A stretch of 64,000 nucleotides of DNA from Nitrospirales bacterium (GTDB taxonomy: Bacteria; Nitrospirota; Nitrospiria; Nitrospirales; UBA8639). This document shows positions 29,432-41,427 of the stretch, piece by piece (the first letter of the stretch is position 1; the number at the start of each line of letters is the position of its first letter). The position numbers were made by a program, and so were the translations under genes. The DNA lies in assembly GCA_965203295.1 (NCBI GenBank), contig CBDBCZ010000019.1:1216001-1280000 (forward strand), written 5' to 3'. The notes under the pieces are model-generated. The model ran no database searches and was not told the DNA's origin. It was given only the letters and a program-made list of their open reading frames with translations.

Positions 29432-32334
29432 GGCATTCGCTCCAAAATAGCAAAAGGTAAGTCTTGAAAGAGTTCACTGGCTGAAACAGTGCATTGTTTC
29501 TCGGTCTTGTTGGGAGACACCGTGTTTCCAGTAAGTATATCACGATAGTGGGCTTCCGCATCGTTAGCAAGCAGAGTGAAACCCATTTCTCCCCATAGTT
29601 GACCGGCTGATGCGAAAGAAGAAGGACTCTGGATGAGTCGGCTGAGAAAACGTGGAACCATGACCATAAGAGATTGTCTACCATGCTTTCGTTGAAACCC
29701 ACAGATATGATCGCTTTTTTCGCCAGATGGATCAAGAGGGATATATTCCCCGTAAGAAAACAGCTCAGGGTGTGCTTTGCGATACTGAAGCAGCGTCGTG
29801 GTGACATACATTTTTATTCGCCCATCTTGCCAAGATCGGAGAAGATCTTGCACGACTGTCGATCTTTCACTGGAACTGATGGATTGGATGTCTTTCAGGA
29901 GTTGCATCCGTGATGCGAAATCCACGGGGCGACGGTTATCTGGGTCAACTAATGAGAAATCCCATAATTCCATCCCTTGGTAGAAGTCAGGCACTCCTGG
30001 AGTGGTTATTTTTAAGATAACCTGAGCAAGCGAATTATACATGCCGTAATAGGCAATCTTTCTTTGAAATGGAACAAAATCATTTAAGAACACATTATCT
30101 GAATGTGGATCAATGACATGTTCGATGAATTCATGGACGGCTTGTTCGTAGGGTTCGTGGGGATTGATCCAGCTCGTATGAACTTTCGCTTCCTTTAACG
30201 CCTTATTCATATAGACTTGAATGCGTTGTCTAAAGTCGGAATAGGATTGGTCGTTAAGCGTTTCCAAGGGCCAAGCACCCACTAACGTTTGATAAAACAG
30301 ATATTCCTCATTTCGGTCAGGGACCGGTTGGTCATCGATCGTCACTTTTTTCTTTTTGTTGAGTTTATGCCATTTCGCGATATGCTTCTTCCACTCCTGC
30401 AGGAGTTCTGACAGGACATTGATCCGTGCGCGAACATCTTCACTCCGCTTTGTGTCATGGGTCGACGTTGTCGAAAGACCGAAGGGCCAGCGTTCTTGGC
30501 GCTCTCTCATTCGCTCGTGGAATGCGGAAAGCGTGATGCCAAATTGTGATGGTTCACCGCCCACCTCGTTGAGGGAGGTGAGTCGGTTATAAATATAGAA
30601 TACCGTATCCTCAACCCCTTTGGCCGTCACAGGACTTGTGGTCTGCTGGAACTTCATCACGAAGGGGTGGACCTCAGGCCAACTAAGTGTGGCAGTGCTG
30701 TCAAGGCCTTTGAGGAGGAGATCACGGACAAAGTCAAACACGAGGATGTTGGTTGCTGGATTTTTCCGCTTCGCTTTCGTGGTAGCCAAACGGATATATG
30801 CCCGGTCACGGTCAGTGACTTCCTCTTTCGGGTTAGGAGTCACATAGGTGCGGTAGACGGGAAAGCAGGCAATGATTTCACGAATGGCATGAATAAGATT
30901 GTTCAGTGTGAAATCTCGGGCCCGACGATTTCTTTCTGATAAGATGTTGAGTACATGCGCCAACGCATTGATTTCGCTTGACATTGAGCTACTCATGATC
31001 AACTTTTTGCACTCGTAAACAAGATCATCCAGGGAAATAGGATTTTTAGAAAATCGAGTATAAATATCCTGAAAGACGCGCTTCTGGTGGGGGTCGATAA
31101 AGAGGTTGTTCACCAAAGAAAGCCATTCATACCCGCTGGTGCCGTGAACCGGCCAATCTTCACTCAAGGTTTCACCTTTGCCAAGGATTTTTTCGACGAT
31201 GAGGAAGAGCGAACGACCATGGAGATCTTGTGAATGCCCCAGCTCCTTTTGTGCCCATGCTTGCCATTGAATGAGGTAGGTTCGCGGGTCGAACAGCCCA
31301 TCGACATGATCAATACGAAGGCCCGTCACAGCCCCCTTTTTAAGAAGGTCAAACACTTTTTGGTGAATTTCCGTAAAAACAGAGGGATGCTCCATTCGGA
31401 TAGCAGCTAGGGCATTGATATCGAAGAAGCGTCGATAATTGATTTCCTCTGATGCGACACGCCAGTAGGCTAAACGATAGGCTTGGTCGCTTAACAGGGT
31501 ATCGAGAAGGTCGAAGCTATGGGGAACGCCCTTCGACCCATTAAAGAACGTAAGATTCTCTTCCAAAAAATTTAAGACAACAGGGCTCTCTTGAGTCAAA
31601 GTGGCAAGGCGACGTTTAATGACATCTTTTTCACGGTAGCGCTCTTCAATACGATAAGGATCCCTTTCGTTCCTCAAGGGCAAATTTACTAAGCCGGTTG
31701 TAATGCTTTGCAATTCTTGAATGTGTGGGGCATCCTCTCCTTCCTGTTCAATGAGTTCGTCAAGGCGGTAGCTCAGAACACGTGTGCAGGAGGCAGGATC
31801 AAGTGGGAGTTGATGTTCATAATATTGGAGCAAGAATTTTCCTTCCTGATAACGCACCGCAATTTCCTGATTCTCCAACACAATGCCGTACTGGTCACCA
31901 AGGATCGGTAATAAAACTTTGTTTTCTAACTCCTGTTTTACGGGATGCCAATCTATGTCAAAAAAATTTGAATAATGGGAGCATGGACCATTCTCCAAGA
32001 CATCCTCCCACCAAAGATTCCATCCTCCGCCAATCCCCATGTGGTTGGGGACGATATCCAAGATCTGACCCATGTGATGTTCTTGGAGTGCCTGGACAAA
32101 GGTTTGATAATCTGTTTCTGAGCCAAGCTCTGGATTGAGTATGGTGGGATCGACCACATCGTAACCATGTGGGCTGCTGGGCATGGCTCTCAGATACGGA
32201 GAGGCATAACAATCTGTAATGCCAAGATCACAAAGATAAGACACTAAGCCTGCGGCGTCTCGGAAGGTGAAAGATTGATTGAATTGGAGACGATACGTGG
32301 AAAGAGGAATACGATATTGGACTTGGTGTTCCAT
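29428..32334 (-). CDS. treY: maltooligosyltrehalose synthase
   Basis: [70 protein letters not shown]. Confidence 0.96.
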   Translation of the reverse strand: MEHQVQYRIPLSTYRLQFNQSFTFRDAAGLVSYLCDLGITDCYASPYLRAMPSSPHGYDVVDPTILNPELGSETDYQTFVQALQEHHMGQILDIVPNHMGIGGGWNLWWEDVLENGPCSHYSNFFDIDWHPVKQELENKVLLPILGDQYGIVLENQEIAVRYQEGKFLLQYYEHQLPLDPASCTRVLSYRLDELIEQEGEDAPHIQELQSITTGLVNLPLRNERDPYRIEERYREKDVIKRRLATLTQESPVVLNFLEENLTFFNGSKGVPHSFDLLDTLLSDQAYRLAYWRVASEEINYRRFFDINALAAIRMEHPSVFTEIHQKVFDLLKKGAVTGLRIDHVDGLFDPRTYLIQWQAWAQKELGHSQDLHGRSLFLIVEKILGKGETLSEDWPVHGTSGYEWLSLVNNLFIDPHQKRVFQDIYTRFSKNPISLDDLVYECKKLIMSSSMSSEINALAHVLNILSERNRRARDFTLNNLIHAIREIIACFPVYRTYVTPNPKEEVTDRDRAYIRLATTKAKRKNPATNILVFDFVRDLLLKGLDSTATLSWPEVHPFVMKFQQTTSPVTAKGVEDTVFYIYNRLTSLNEVGGEPSQFGITLSAFHERMRERQERWPFGLSTTSTHDTKRSEDVRARINVLSELLQEWKKHIAKWHKLNKKKKVTIDDQPVPDRNEEYLFYQTLVGAWPLETLNDQSYSDFRQRIQVYMNKALKEAKVHTSWINPHEPYEQAVHEFIEHVIDPHSDNVFLNDFVPFQRKIAYYGMYNSLAQVILKITTPGVPDFYQGMELWDFSLVDPDNRRPVDFASRMQLLKDIQSISSSERSTVVQDLLRSWQDGRIKMYVTTTLLQYRKAHPELFSYGEYIPLDPSGEKSDHICGFQRKHGRQSLMVMVPRFLSRLIQSPSSFASAGQLWGEMGFTLLANDAEAHYRDILTGNTVSPNKTEKQCTVSASELFQDLPFAILERMP

Positions 32335-32420
32335 ACGGGACTATTCAATGACCGATCAATCAGATCCGCAAAAAGGGGATTTCTAGATGGAAGGAATGGT
32401 CAACTCTGGAGAGAAAACAT

Positions 32421-33671
32421 CTAACCCAAGGACGAATGGTCCACAGCCCGACCGCCAAAAGACTGTCCCCTTGGTAAAACGATAATCCCACCTTTGCTAG
32501 GAGTGGGTCGGGTCGGCTCATCCTTTTGGTCATACCCCAATGTTGTCCCTTCAGTGATGATGTTGAATCGGTCTGCAATAACCCGCTTCAGCCGAGTCTT
32601 GGGGCCGACGATAGTCCCGTCTAAAATGACACATTCGTCAATATGAGCGCCTTCACCGATCTTGACATTTCGGCCAATGACTGAACGGCGAATAGTGGCA
32701 TCCACGACCAAGCTCCCTTGACCGACCATCGTATTATCAAGCTGGGAACGAACGAGACTCGCGACAGGTTCCCTGGAGGTATCTGTCATGATTGGCCAAT
32801 TGACATTTCGTAGATCAAAAATTGGGCGTTCACCCAGAATGTCCATATTGGCTTCCCAATAGGCTTCCAACGTCCCTACATCCCGCCAGTATCCCCATTC
32901 CTCATAAGGATGGACTCCTGGTACGACATTATCGTGAAAGTTGTAAGCCAAAACACGATGTGTTTTGACGAGCGCAGGAAGTATGTCTCGGCCAAAATCA
33001 TGAGTCCCTGGTTCCTTGGCGTCTTGCTCGAGTGTTCGCATGAGGGTATCAACATTGAAAATATAATTTCCCATTGAAGAGTAGGCCATCTTCGGATTTC
33101 CAGGCACAGATTTGGGTTGTTTGGGTTTTTCCTCAAAGCCAACAATAACCTGTTCTGCGTTCGCTTCAATAATGCCGAATCCCCTGGCTGCCTGCAGAGG
33201 GACGGGAAGGGCGGTCACTGTCACATCCGCCCGATGATCAAGATGAAATTGAATCATTTGCCGGATATCCATCCGGTAAATATGGTCAGCCCCGAATACT
33301 GCAACAAGATTGGGAGCAAAATCATAAATGATATTGAGATTTTGATACACGGCGTCTGCAGTCCCTTCGTACCATTTCCCTCGACCCTTCATTTGTGGAG
33401 GAACGACCGTGATGAATGTCTGCCGATTCGGGCCTCCGGTCCGCCACGCTCGTCGGAGGTGTTCAATCAGTGATTGGGATCGATATTGGACAAGGACGTA
33501 CATCGCTAGGACACCGGAATTGAGGAAATTGCTCAGAACAAAATCCACAATACGGTATGTCCCAGCAAATGGGACAGCCGGCTTGCTTCGCAGCTCGGTT
33601 AATGGCATTAATCGTTCGCCTTTACCACCAGCCATGATCATCGCTAAGACACGTTGTGGGGTGCGTTCCAT
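32421..33671 (-). CDS. glgC: glucose-1-phosphate adenylyltransferase
   Basis: MAGGKGERLMPLT..RSKPAVPF, GTADAV, GADHIY, FEEKP, YWRDVGT; start 33671 after GGAAGGAG. Confidence 0.95.
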   Translation of the reverse strand: MERTPQRVLAMIMAGGKGERLMPLTELRSKPAVPFAGTYRIVDFVLSNFLNSGVLAMYVLVQYRSQSLIEHLRRAWRTGGPNRQTFITVVPPQMKGRGKWYEGTADAVYQNLNIIYDFAPNLVAVFGADHIYRMDIRQMIQFHLDHRADVTVTALPVPLQAARGFGIIEANAEQVIVGFEEKPKQPKSVPGNPKMAYSSMGNYIFNVDTLMRTLEQDAKEPGTHDFGRDILPALVKTHRVLAYNFHDNVVPGVHPYEEWGYWRDVGTLEAYWEANMDILGERPIFDLRNVNWPIMTDTSREPVASLVRSQLDNTMVGQGSLVVDATIRRSVIGRNVKIGEGAHIDECVILDGTIVGPKTRLKRVIADRFNIITEGTTLGYDQKDEPTRPTPSKGGIIVLPRGQSFGGRAVDHSSLG

Positions 33672-33823
33672 GGTGAATCTGCTCCTTCCGACTACGTCGG
33701 ATTCCCGGGGATGCGGATTGATACCCCACGCAGCATAAGCCTTGAGGTATGCGAAGGGCGATTTCGATGACAAGGATGATAATGACGAATTGAGAGAAAA
33801 ATATGGCTATCCATCTTGATCAG

Positions 33824-34099
33824 TTATTTGGGTGGTTGCACGTTTTCTGTGAGAGCATGTTCCAATTCAGAAATTCGCTTTTGCAGTTGGGCGATTTGAC
33901 GGGCTTTCTTTAGTCGCGACGGCATGGAAGCCAATAAGTGAATCAGGACTCCTAAAAATAAGGTCGTCAAAAGAACTAAAACTAACGAACCCTCAAACGT
34001 CCATTTAAAAAATTGAATGGTGATCGGTATGGCATTCTGAAGAGAGAACGCAACTGCTAGAAAGACAATGATCAGTGCCGCGATGAGTGAAAAGGGCAT
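33824..34099 (-). CDS. LapA/DUF1049 family membrane protein
   Basis: FSLQNA.PITIQFF.W, a second TM, then a coiled coil. Confidence 0.8.
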   Translation of the reverse strand: MPFSLIAALIIVFLAVAFSLQNAIPITIQFFKWTFEGSLVLVLLTTLFLGVLIHLLASMPSRLKKARQIAQLQKRISELEHALTENVQPPK

Positions 34100-34165
34100 A
34101 TTGAAGGTCTATGATACCGGTACCCTTGCCTGTCAGAGATAATGAATAGTATATACTACTTCACG

Positions 34166-36366
34166 ATGTCGGTACACCCTGAGAAAATTAAACGGTTAGT
34201 GAAAGGTCAAGAATGGGATCCCTTCTCCATGCCTTGGTCCGCATTGTCTCGCCAAAGATAAAAACGCCAGCTATGTCGTGAGGGCTTTTCTCCCTGAAGC
34301 CTTGGCGGCTGAAATGGTTATCACTCATCAACCAGCTTCTTCTATCCCAATGCATTCGTTGGATTCCAGCGGCTTTTTTGAGGCTTCCTGTCCGCAGGAT
34401 ATGAGGCACATAGAATATTGGATTCGAATGACAGACAGAGAGGGAAAGATACGAGAACAGTATGATCCGTATGCTTTTCTCTCTTTTCTCAGTGACTATG
34501 ATCTTCACCTGTTCGCAGAAGGTCGATTTTATAAGGCTTATGAAAAGCTTGGTGCGCATGTCGTCATCAAGAGAGGGATCAAGGGGGTCAGCTTTGCTGT
34601 CTGGGCTCCCAATGCCATCCGGATAGGGGTCGTTGGGAATTTCAATGATTGGGATGGCCGACGCCATCCCATGCAAAGTCGAGGCGGAACCGGCCTCTGG
34701 GAATTATTTATCCCAGAATTGGGTGAAGGCGAGATCTATAAATATGAAATTCTGCCGCGAGATAGTGATGTGTGCTTGCTCAAGGCCGACCCCTATGCAA
34801 CATGGAGTGAGCTTCGCCCTCGTACAGCTTCCGTGGTCAGGAATGTTGATCGCTATTCCTGGAATGATCAAGCATGGATGGATTCACGACGGAAACGTGA
34901 TCCCTTAACGCAGCCCTTGTCTATTTATGAAGTGCATTTAGGCTCTTGGCGACGGATACTGGAAGAAGGAGACCGGTGGCTGACCTATCAGGAATTAGCC
35001 CACGTGTTGGTGCCATACGTCAAAGAAATAGGATTTTCTCACATTGAATTGTTGCCGGTGGCTGAGCACCCCTTTGATGGATCATGGGGATACCAATCCA
35101 CAGAGTATTTCGCGCCGACTAGTCGATTTGGCATTCCAGAAGATTTTATGGCTTTGGTGGATGCCTGTCATCAAGCAGGGATCGGGGTCATTATGGATTG
35201 GGCACCGGCTCATTTCCCTGATGATCCTCATGGATTGGCCTGGTTTGATGGCACGCATTTATTCGATCATCAAGACCCTCGCCGTGGTTTTCATCCTGAA
35301 TGGAAAAGCCGGATTTTTAATTATGGAAGAATAGAGGTCAGAAACTTTTTGATTAATAGCGCCTTGGTGTGGCTTGATCGTTACCACATTGATGGATTGC
35401 GGGTGGATGCTGTGGCCTCCATGCTGTACCTGGATTATGCGAGAACTCCTGGAGAATGCGTCCCCAACCAATTTGGGGGGAATGAAAATTTAGCAGCCGT
35501 TGAATTCCTGAAAGAATTAAATGTCGTGGTCCATCAAGAATATCCAGGGGTGATGACATTGGCTGAAGAATCGACAGCCTGGGGGGGGGTATCCAAACCA
35601 ACCTATGTTGGAGGCCTTGGTTTTACCTTCAAATGGAATATGGGGTGGATGCATGACACGCTCGAGTATTTTCAGCTCGATCCCGTGCATCGGAAATACC
35701 ATCAACATAAATTGACGTTCAGTCTCATGTATGACTTTACGGAAAATTTTGTGCTCGTCCTGTCGCATGACGAAGTCGTGCATGGCAAAAAATCTTTGCT
35801 CGATAAAATGCCAGGTGATACATGGCAACGGTTTGCCAACCTTCGTGCCCTGCTGGGACATATGTACGCCCATCCAGGGAAAAAGATGTTATTTATGGGA
35901 AGTGAATTCGGACAGTGGTGGGAATGGAATCATGAAGAAAGCCTACAGTGGCACCTTCTCGAACATTTGGAACATCAAGGGCTTCAGCGCTATCTCAAGG
36001 ACCTCAATCGGATTTACACCGCAGAACCAGCCTTGTACCAACTCGATTTTGATTGGCCGAGTTTTGAGTGGATTGATCTTCATGACAACGAGCAATCTGT
36101 TCTAAACGTATATCCGTTGGGCGAACGATCGGGAAGACTTTCTGATTTGTGCGTTGAACCTCACCCCTGTTCTCCGCGAAGGCTACCGTATGGGCGTCCC
36201 CAGAGCAGGATGGTACCGGGAGCTCATCAACAGCGATGCCGCAATCTATGGGGGCAGCAACATGGGAAATCAGGGCGGTGTGCTTGCTGAAGAACAAGGT
36301 AAACCCTATTCAATCGTGCTCACCTTACCACCGTTATCAGCGTTGTTTATAAGAGTCCAAGATTGA
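34166..36366 (+). pseudogene. glgB: 1,4-alpha-glucan branching enzyme with two +1 frameshifts
   Basis: MSVHPEKIK...WDPFSM shifts near 34231 into LGPH...VRAFLP. The core has FAVWAPNA, YEVHLGSW, RVDAVASM, AEEST and LSHDEVVHGK. A second shift near 36104 leads into TYIRWAND...NLTP...NSDAAIYGGS...LPPLS. Confidence 0.92.
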
Positions 36367-36414
36367 AAATGTTCCTTCCTAATTAACTGTTTGTGGCTCA
36401 TCATCCTTTTCCCC

Positions 36415-36444
36415 GTCATTCCCGCGGTAGTCAGCGGGAATCCA
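36415..36444. repeat. REP/dRS3-like palindrome
   Basis: gtc-ATTCCCGC-ggtagtca-GCGGGAAT-cca, perfect 8-bp stem. Confidence 0.7.
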
Positions 36445-36700
36445 GGTGTATGTTTTTTTAAGCGGGGTTTCTCCCCAGCGCGATGAGGCCCTTTTGTTTC
36501 GGCAAAATGACCAAAAACCATGTCGCTCCTGCGCAGTTCTTCGGATTTCCTGCGAGGCACGCCTCATCCGGCGGCTTTGGAACTCGCACCACAGGTGCTC
36601 ACACAGTCCTCGCCCTGTTTCTGGATTCGGCCACGTAGAAGGCGACTAACTTCTTCACTGTCTCACACCTCTGTTGAGTAGGAAAAGGACGTGGTAGGAC

Positions 36701-36848
36701 TTTACTCTCCTTCGCCAGAATGCCCCACCCGAAAGGGTGGGGATGAATGGCGAGGAGAGCCCTCCGAAGCCTTGGCGAAGGAGGGCTGATCGTTTCGGAG
36801 AGTTCCCAATAGAAAAGAAGCCCCGTGCAGGAGCGCGGAGAGCTTCAC
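36701..36848 (+). mobile_element. non-coding IS200/IS605-like terminal hairpin element (non-autonomous remnant)
   Basis: CCCCACCC-GAAA-GGGTGGGG inside an outer ctctcc(t)tcgcca/tggcgaggagag stem; AGCCCTCC...GGAGGGCT; final aagcccc...gagctTCAC end; no transposase. Confidence 0.6.
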
Positions 36849-36954
36849 TTTGTTTTTCTTTGGAATTGGTAGGGACCTAATCCCGTCCAAAGCAAATCTG
36901 AATATATAAGGAGTGAGATAGGGTTAGAGGAAGAAGCTTTTTAAGGGAAGTTCG

Positions 36955-38844
36955 TTATGTTTCTTGAGTGTAGATCACTGCTGAGTAGGAAGGGAGGTTG
37001 ATTGTGAGCCCGTTGGGAGTAATGTCGAGAGTTGATGGTGAAAGAATCGTCTCTGTGCTTGCGAATTCTGAGGTATGACTATCTAAGCGTTTGTGCCATT
37101 TGCCAAGGGGTTTGGTTAATCGAAGCGTAGTCGGGTCAGAATTTAATCCATACAGGATGAGTGCAGACGGACCTGATTGTGCGGTCCGAACAACGGCCAA
37201 GGCTTTGGATGTTCGGAAAGTCTGAATTTTCACTTGAGATTGTTTTTGAGTCACCCCAAGCGCGGGTATGGTCTTACGAAGGGTCAGAAGTTGTTTGTAC
37301 CACTGGAACAATCCCCGTTGTTGCGGGTCTTCGTCGAGTTTTGGTTGAAGCCGAGATTTGGTAAACGTCTCGATTTCGTAAGGGTCGGGAACATCCTTCC
37401 ATCCAAATGATCGAAATTCGGCCAATCGACCTTGCCGAACCGCTTCGATGAGTGCTGTATCTCCGTGATCAATGAAATAGAGGAAAGGTGCGGTTTCTCC
37501 ATATTCCTCTCCCATAAATAACAGTGGAATAGAGGGCGACAACAGAACCATGCCTGCGGCGACTTTGATCGCTTCAAATGTAACAAGCGTGCTTAAGCGG
37601 TCCCCTTTGGCACGGTTGCCTATTTGATCGTGGTTTTGGCTATACACCACGAATTGAGATGGGAGACAAGATTTGGCTGAATTACCGTGTCGTCTTCGAC
37701 GATGTTGGGAATACTCTCCGGTATACACGAAGTGGTTTTGTATGGCGGTGGCGAGTTGGGTGAGTTTGCCAAAATCCGCATAGTATCCCTTATCTTCTCC
37801 GGTCAGGACTGTATGGAGTGCATGATGAAAATCATCGTTCCATTGGCCGTCTAACCCATACCCGCCTTTTCCGATTGGAGAAATGATCCGTGAATCGTTC
37901 AGATCACTTTCGGCGATTAAGGATACCTTTCGACCCAGTCGATGCTCTTCTGCACGAATGATCTCTCCGATCTCTTGAAGGATGTGCTTGGCACTAAAAT
38001 CAAATATTCCGTGAATCGCATCGAGTCGAAGGGCATCAACATGGTACTCCCGAATCCAATGCACAGCATTGCTAATGATAAAATGTCGTATGGCATCACT
38101 CTCAGGTCCATCATAGTTGATGGCTTCACCCCATGGAGTTGGGTACCGATGGGTAAAATATGGTCCGAAGTCTCCTAAATAATTGCCCTCTGGCCCAAGA
38201 TGGTTGTAGACTACATCTATGACGACGGCGAGTCCATGCTGGTGAGCAGCATCAATGAGCCGTTTCAGTCCATCAGGACCACCGTAATTTGTTTGAGGGG
38301 CAAAAAGGTAGGTGCCGTCGTATCCCCAGTTTCGTGTGCCTGGGCACTGGGCAACAGGCATGAGTTCTAGGGCGGTAATCCCCAACTCTTCGGCCAAATA
38401 CGGAAGGCGAGGAATCATAGCTTCAAAGGTTCCCTCAGGGGTAAACGTTCCTGTATGGACTTCGTAAATGATAAATTGGTTTAAAGGAAGCCCTTTCCAA
38501 TTCCGATCGGTCCATTGAAAATTTTCAGGATCAATAATTTGTGAGGCGTCATGAACGCTGTCAGGTTGAGAACGTGAGGCAGGATCTGGGCGTTCTGTTT
38601 TGCCATTTAACACATAGAAATATTTGACTCCTGGATTGAGGGCTTCCACCACTGTTTCCCAGTATCCTCCAGGGTGTTGCTGAAGGGGAATATCATTTCC
38701 TGTATGGTTGAGGATTCGGACTGCGACGGTATTGGCTTTGGGTGCCCATACCCGGAACCGGACAGAAGTGGGGCTGACGATAGTGGCTCCAAGGTCTAAT
38801 TCCCACATTTTGGTTTTTGATTTTCGAGCGGGCAGGGATGTCAT
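36955..38844 (-). CDS. treZ: maltooligosyltrehalose trehalohydrolase
   Basis: FRVWAP, PDPASRSQP, YEVHTGTFT, NWGYDG, VYNHLGPEGN, LRLDAIH, QWNDDFHH, QNHDQIGNRA. Confidence 0.96.
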   Translation of the reverse strand: MTSLPARKSKTKMWELDLGATIVSPTSVRFRVWAPKANTVAVRILNHTGNDIPLQQHPGGYWETVVEALNPGVKYFYVLNGKTERPDPASRSQPDSVHDASQIIDPENFQWTDRNWKGLPLNQFIIYEVHTGTFTPEGTFEAMIPRLPYLAEELGITALELMPVAQCPGTRNWGYDGTYLFAPQTNYGGPDGLKRLIDAAHQHGLAVVIDVVYNHLGPEGNYLGDFGPYFTHRYPTPWGEAINYDGPESDAIRHFIISNAVHWIREYHVDALRLDAIHGIFDFSAKHILQEIGEIIRAEEHRLGRKVSLIAESDLNDSRIISPIGKGGYGLDGQWNDDFHHALHTVLTGEDKGYYADFGKLTQLATAIQNHFVYTGEYSQHRRRRHGNSAKSCLPSQFVVYSQNHDQIGNRAKGDRLSTLVTFEAIKVAAGMVLLSPSIPLLFMGEEYGETAPFLYFIDHGDTALIEAVRQGRLAEFRSFGWKDVPDPYEIETFTKSRLQPKLDEDPQQRGLFQWYKQLLTLRKTIPALGVTQKQSQVKIQTFRTSKALAVVRTAQSGPSALILYGLNSDPTTLRLTKPLGKWHKRLDSHTSEFASTETILSPSTLDITPNGLTINLPSYSAVIYTQET

Positions 38845-39021
38845 TCTAGATACTTGTTGGAAGGAAGAGAGCTGTCATTGACAAGAAGTTGGATCATAAA
38901 AATTCCAAGTGCCAAGAGCAAGTCTTTTCATAAGCCTCTGGGCAGAGTGGAAGAAAAAAAATTGCGCATCCCTATCTGAACTGGTCAAAATTGCCACATT
39001 TTATGGACTACGCTACACTGA

Positions 39022-39060
39022 AGGCTGTTGAAAAACGCTAAACTTCCCAACATCCTGCTA
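39022..39060. repeat. minimal MITE-like element with imperfect inverted ends
   Basis: aggctgttgaaaa ... ttcccaacatcct(gcta). Confidence 0.45.
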
Positions 39061-39110
39061 TGAAGGTATTTTCCTTCCTAATCATCCATGAACAAGAGAG
39101 GAGTTGAGGG

Positions 39111-41252
39111 ATGAAACTTTGGCCTGGCCGTCCCTATCCACAAGGGGCCACGTGGGATGGAGAAGGGGTCAATTTCGCCTTGTTCTCGGAGAATGCCACG
39201 GCGGTAGATCTCTGTCTTTTTGATCAGAAGAATCCAAGTAAGGAAAATCATCGCATCCGGATGGAAGAACGAACGGATCAAGTATGGCATGTTTATCTTC
39301 CTGAAATTCGTCCAGGGCAAATGTATGGATATCGAGTGGATGGTCCCTATGAACCAGAAATTGGTCATCGATTTAATGCGAATAAGCTATTGATCGATCC
39401 CTTCGCAAAGGCGTTGACCGGGATTGTGAAATGGTCAGATGCGATATTTGGGTATCGGATTGGAGATCCCTTAGAAGACCTATCCTTCGATAAGCGCGAT
39501 AATGCCGAAAATGTTCCTAAATGCGTGGTAGTGGATCAAGCCTTTACGTGGGGCGGAGATCGCCTTCTAAACACACCTTGGAATAGGACGGTTATTTATG
39601 AAGTGCATGTCAAAAGTTTCTCGATTCGGCATCCTGATGTCCCTGAAGCCTTAAGAGGGACCTATGCAGGTTTGGCGTCGCCTCCTATTATTGATTACCT
39701 CCAGTCACTTGGGGTGACTGCAGTGGAGTTGCTTCCGGTCCATCATTTCATCAATGACAAACATCTTCAGGAACGAGGACTGACAAATTACTGGGGGTAC
39801 AATTCCATTGGGTTTTTTGCTCCGGATATCCGATATGCGGCCTTTCCACAAGATGGTCGGAAGGTCTATGAGTTTAAAACTATGGTGAAAACGCTCCATA
39901 GCGCCGGAATCGAGGTTATCCTTGACGTGGTCTACAATCATACCGGTGAAGGAAATCAACTGGGCCCAACCATGTCGTTTCGAGGGATTGATAATGCCAC
40001 GTATTATCGCTTAATTGCGGAATCGCCTCGATATTATATGGATTATACGGGTTGCGGTAATACTTTAAACGTGCGCCATCCTCGGACGCTCCAGTTGATT
40101 ATGGATAGTTTGTGATACTGGGTGCTGGAAATGCATGTTGATGGATTTCGGTTTGATTTGGCTTCGGCCTTGGCTCGTGAGCTTCATGATGTCGATCGAC
40201 TCAGTTCCTTTTTCGACATTATTCATCAAGATCCGGTTCTGTCACAGGTGAAGTTAATCGCGGAACCTTGGGACCTAGGAGAAGGGGGATATCAAGTCGG
40301 GAATTTTCCACCAGGGTGGGCAGAATGGAATGGGAAGTACCGGGACGCGATTAGAGGCTACTGGAAGGGGAATGGAAGGCTTTTAGGTGAAATGGCCTAC
40401 CGTCTCTCGGGTAGCAGTGATTTGTATGGAGGCAGCGGACGTCAGCCTCATGCCAGCATCAACTTTGTGACAGCTCATGACGGGTTTACTCTTCAGGATT
40501 TGGTGTCCTATAACCACAAGCACAATGAGGCCAACGGAGAAGAAAACCGAGATGGGACGGATGACAACCAAAGTTGGAATTGTGGGGTCGAAGGCCCGAC
40601 TGATGACTTGGCGATAAACGAGATAAGGGAGCGACAAAAACGGAATTTCTTAGCCACTTTGTTATTATCCCAGGGAGTTCCCATGATTTGCGGAGGTGAT
40701 GAGTTGGGAAGGACACAACAGGGTAATAGCAATGCCTATTGCCAGGACAATGAAATCAGTTGGTTCGATTGGAATCTGGACAGAAATCAGCAGCAGTTTC
40801 TCGCTTTTACACGTCAACTGATTCAGCTTCAGCAGGAACATCCTGTGTTTCAGCGGCGTCGTTTTTTTCAAGGACGTCGGATTCTGGGCTCTGAAGTCAA
40901 AGACATCTCCTGGTTGCGGTCTGATGGAAAAGAAATGACCGATGAGGAATGGGATAAAGGTTTTCTGTCATTGGGGCTGCGATTAGCTGGAGATGCGATT
41001 GAAGAAAAAGATGCCAAGGGTCGTCCCATTATGGATGACACATTTCTTTTGTTGCTCAATGCCTATCATGAAGCCGTACCTTTTGTCTTGCTGGCTCACC
41101 GTAAAGGTGTTCGGTGGGAGTTAGTGTTTGATACCGCTCAGGTGACTCCTCCCAAACGCAGATGGCTGTTAAAAGGTGGGGAAACCTATCCCTTGCGTGA
41201 ACGATCGTTCGCGCTATTACGATTGCGAAAAGACTCCGAGAGAAGACTTTGA
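39111..41252 (+). pseudogene. glgX: glycogen debranching enzyme with internal nonsense codon
   Basis: [24 protein letters not shown], then DSL-TGA(40113)[16 protein letters not shown] in the same frame; the family normally reads DSLRYW. Confidence 0.95.
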
Positions 41253-41427
41253 GGGCAAATTTTCTGTATTTTCTCTGCAAGGCGTACTGGAATGGTGTGC
41301 GTATCTATTGTCATTTGAAGAGAGTTCGTTATCCAATAGTTCACGTGTTCATTGAAGATGCCAACCCCATTTGTTAAGCTCGACTTCCACATAAGTTTCT
41401 TTTCAAAACAACACATACGGGGAAGAT

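Noticed and set aside
34225..36110. Programmed ribosomal frameshifting in glgB
   Set aside because: No slippery heptamer; two separate shifts plus motif decay indicate inactivation or assembly error
3104..40115. In-frame TGA codons in rfbA, rfbB and glgX as evidence of TGA recoding or selenocysteine
   Set aside because: They fall at positions expecting different residues (Trp in rfbB, Arg in glgX), not Cys; TGA ends many intact genes here (purH, recN, trxA); TAA and TAG lesions also occur
41253..41427. ZTP riboswitch upstream of purH
   Set aside because: The conserved elements, including the GCCTGGGC-type pseudoknot hairpin, could not be found
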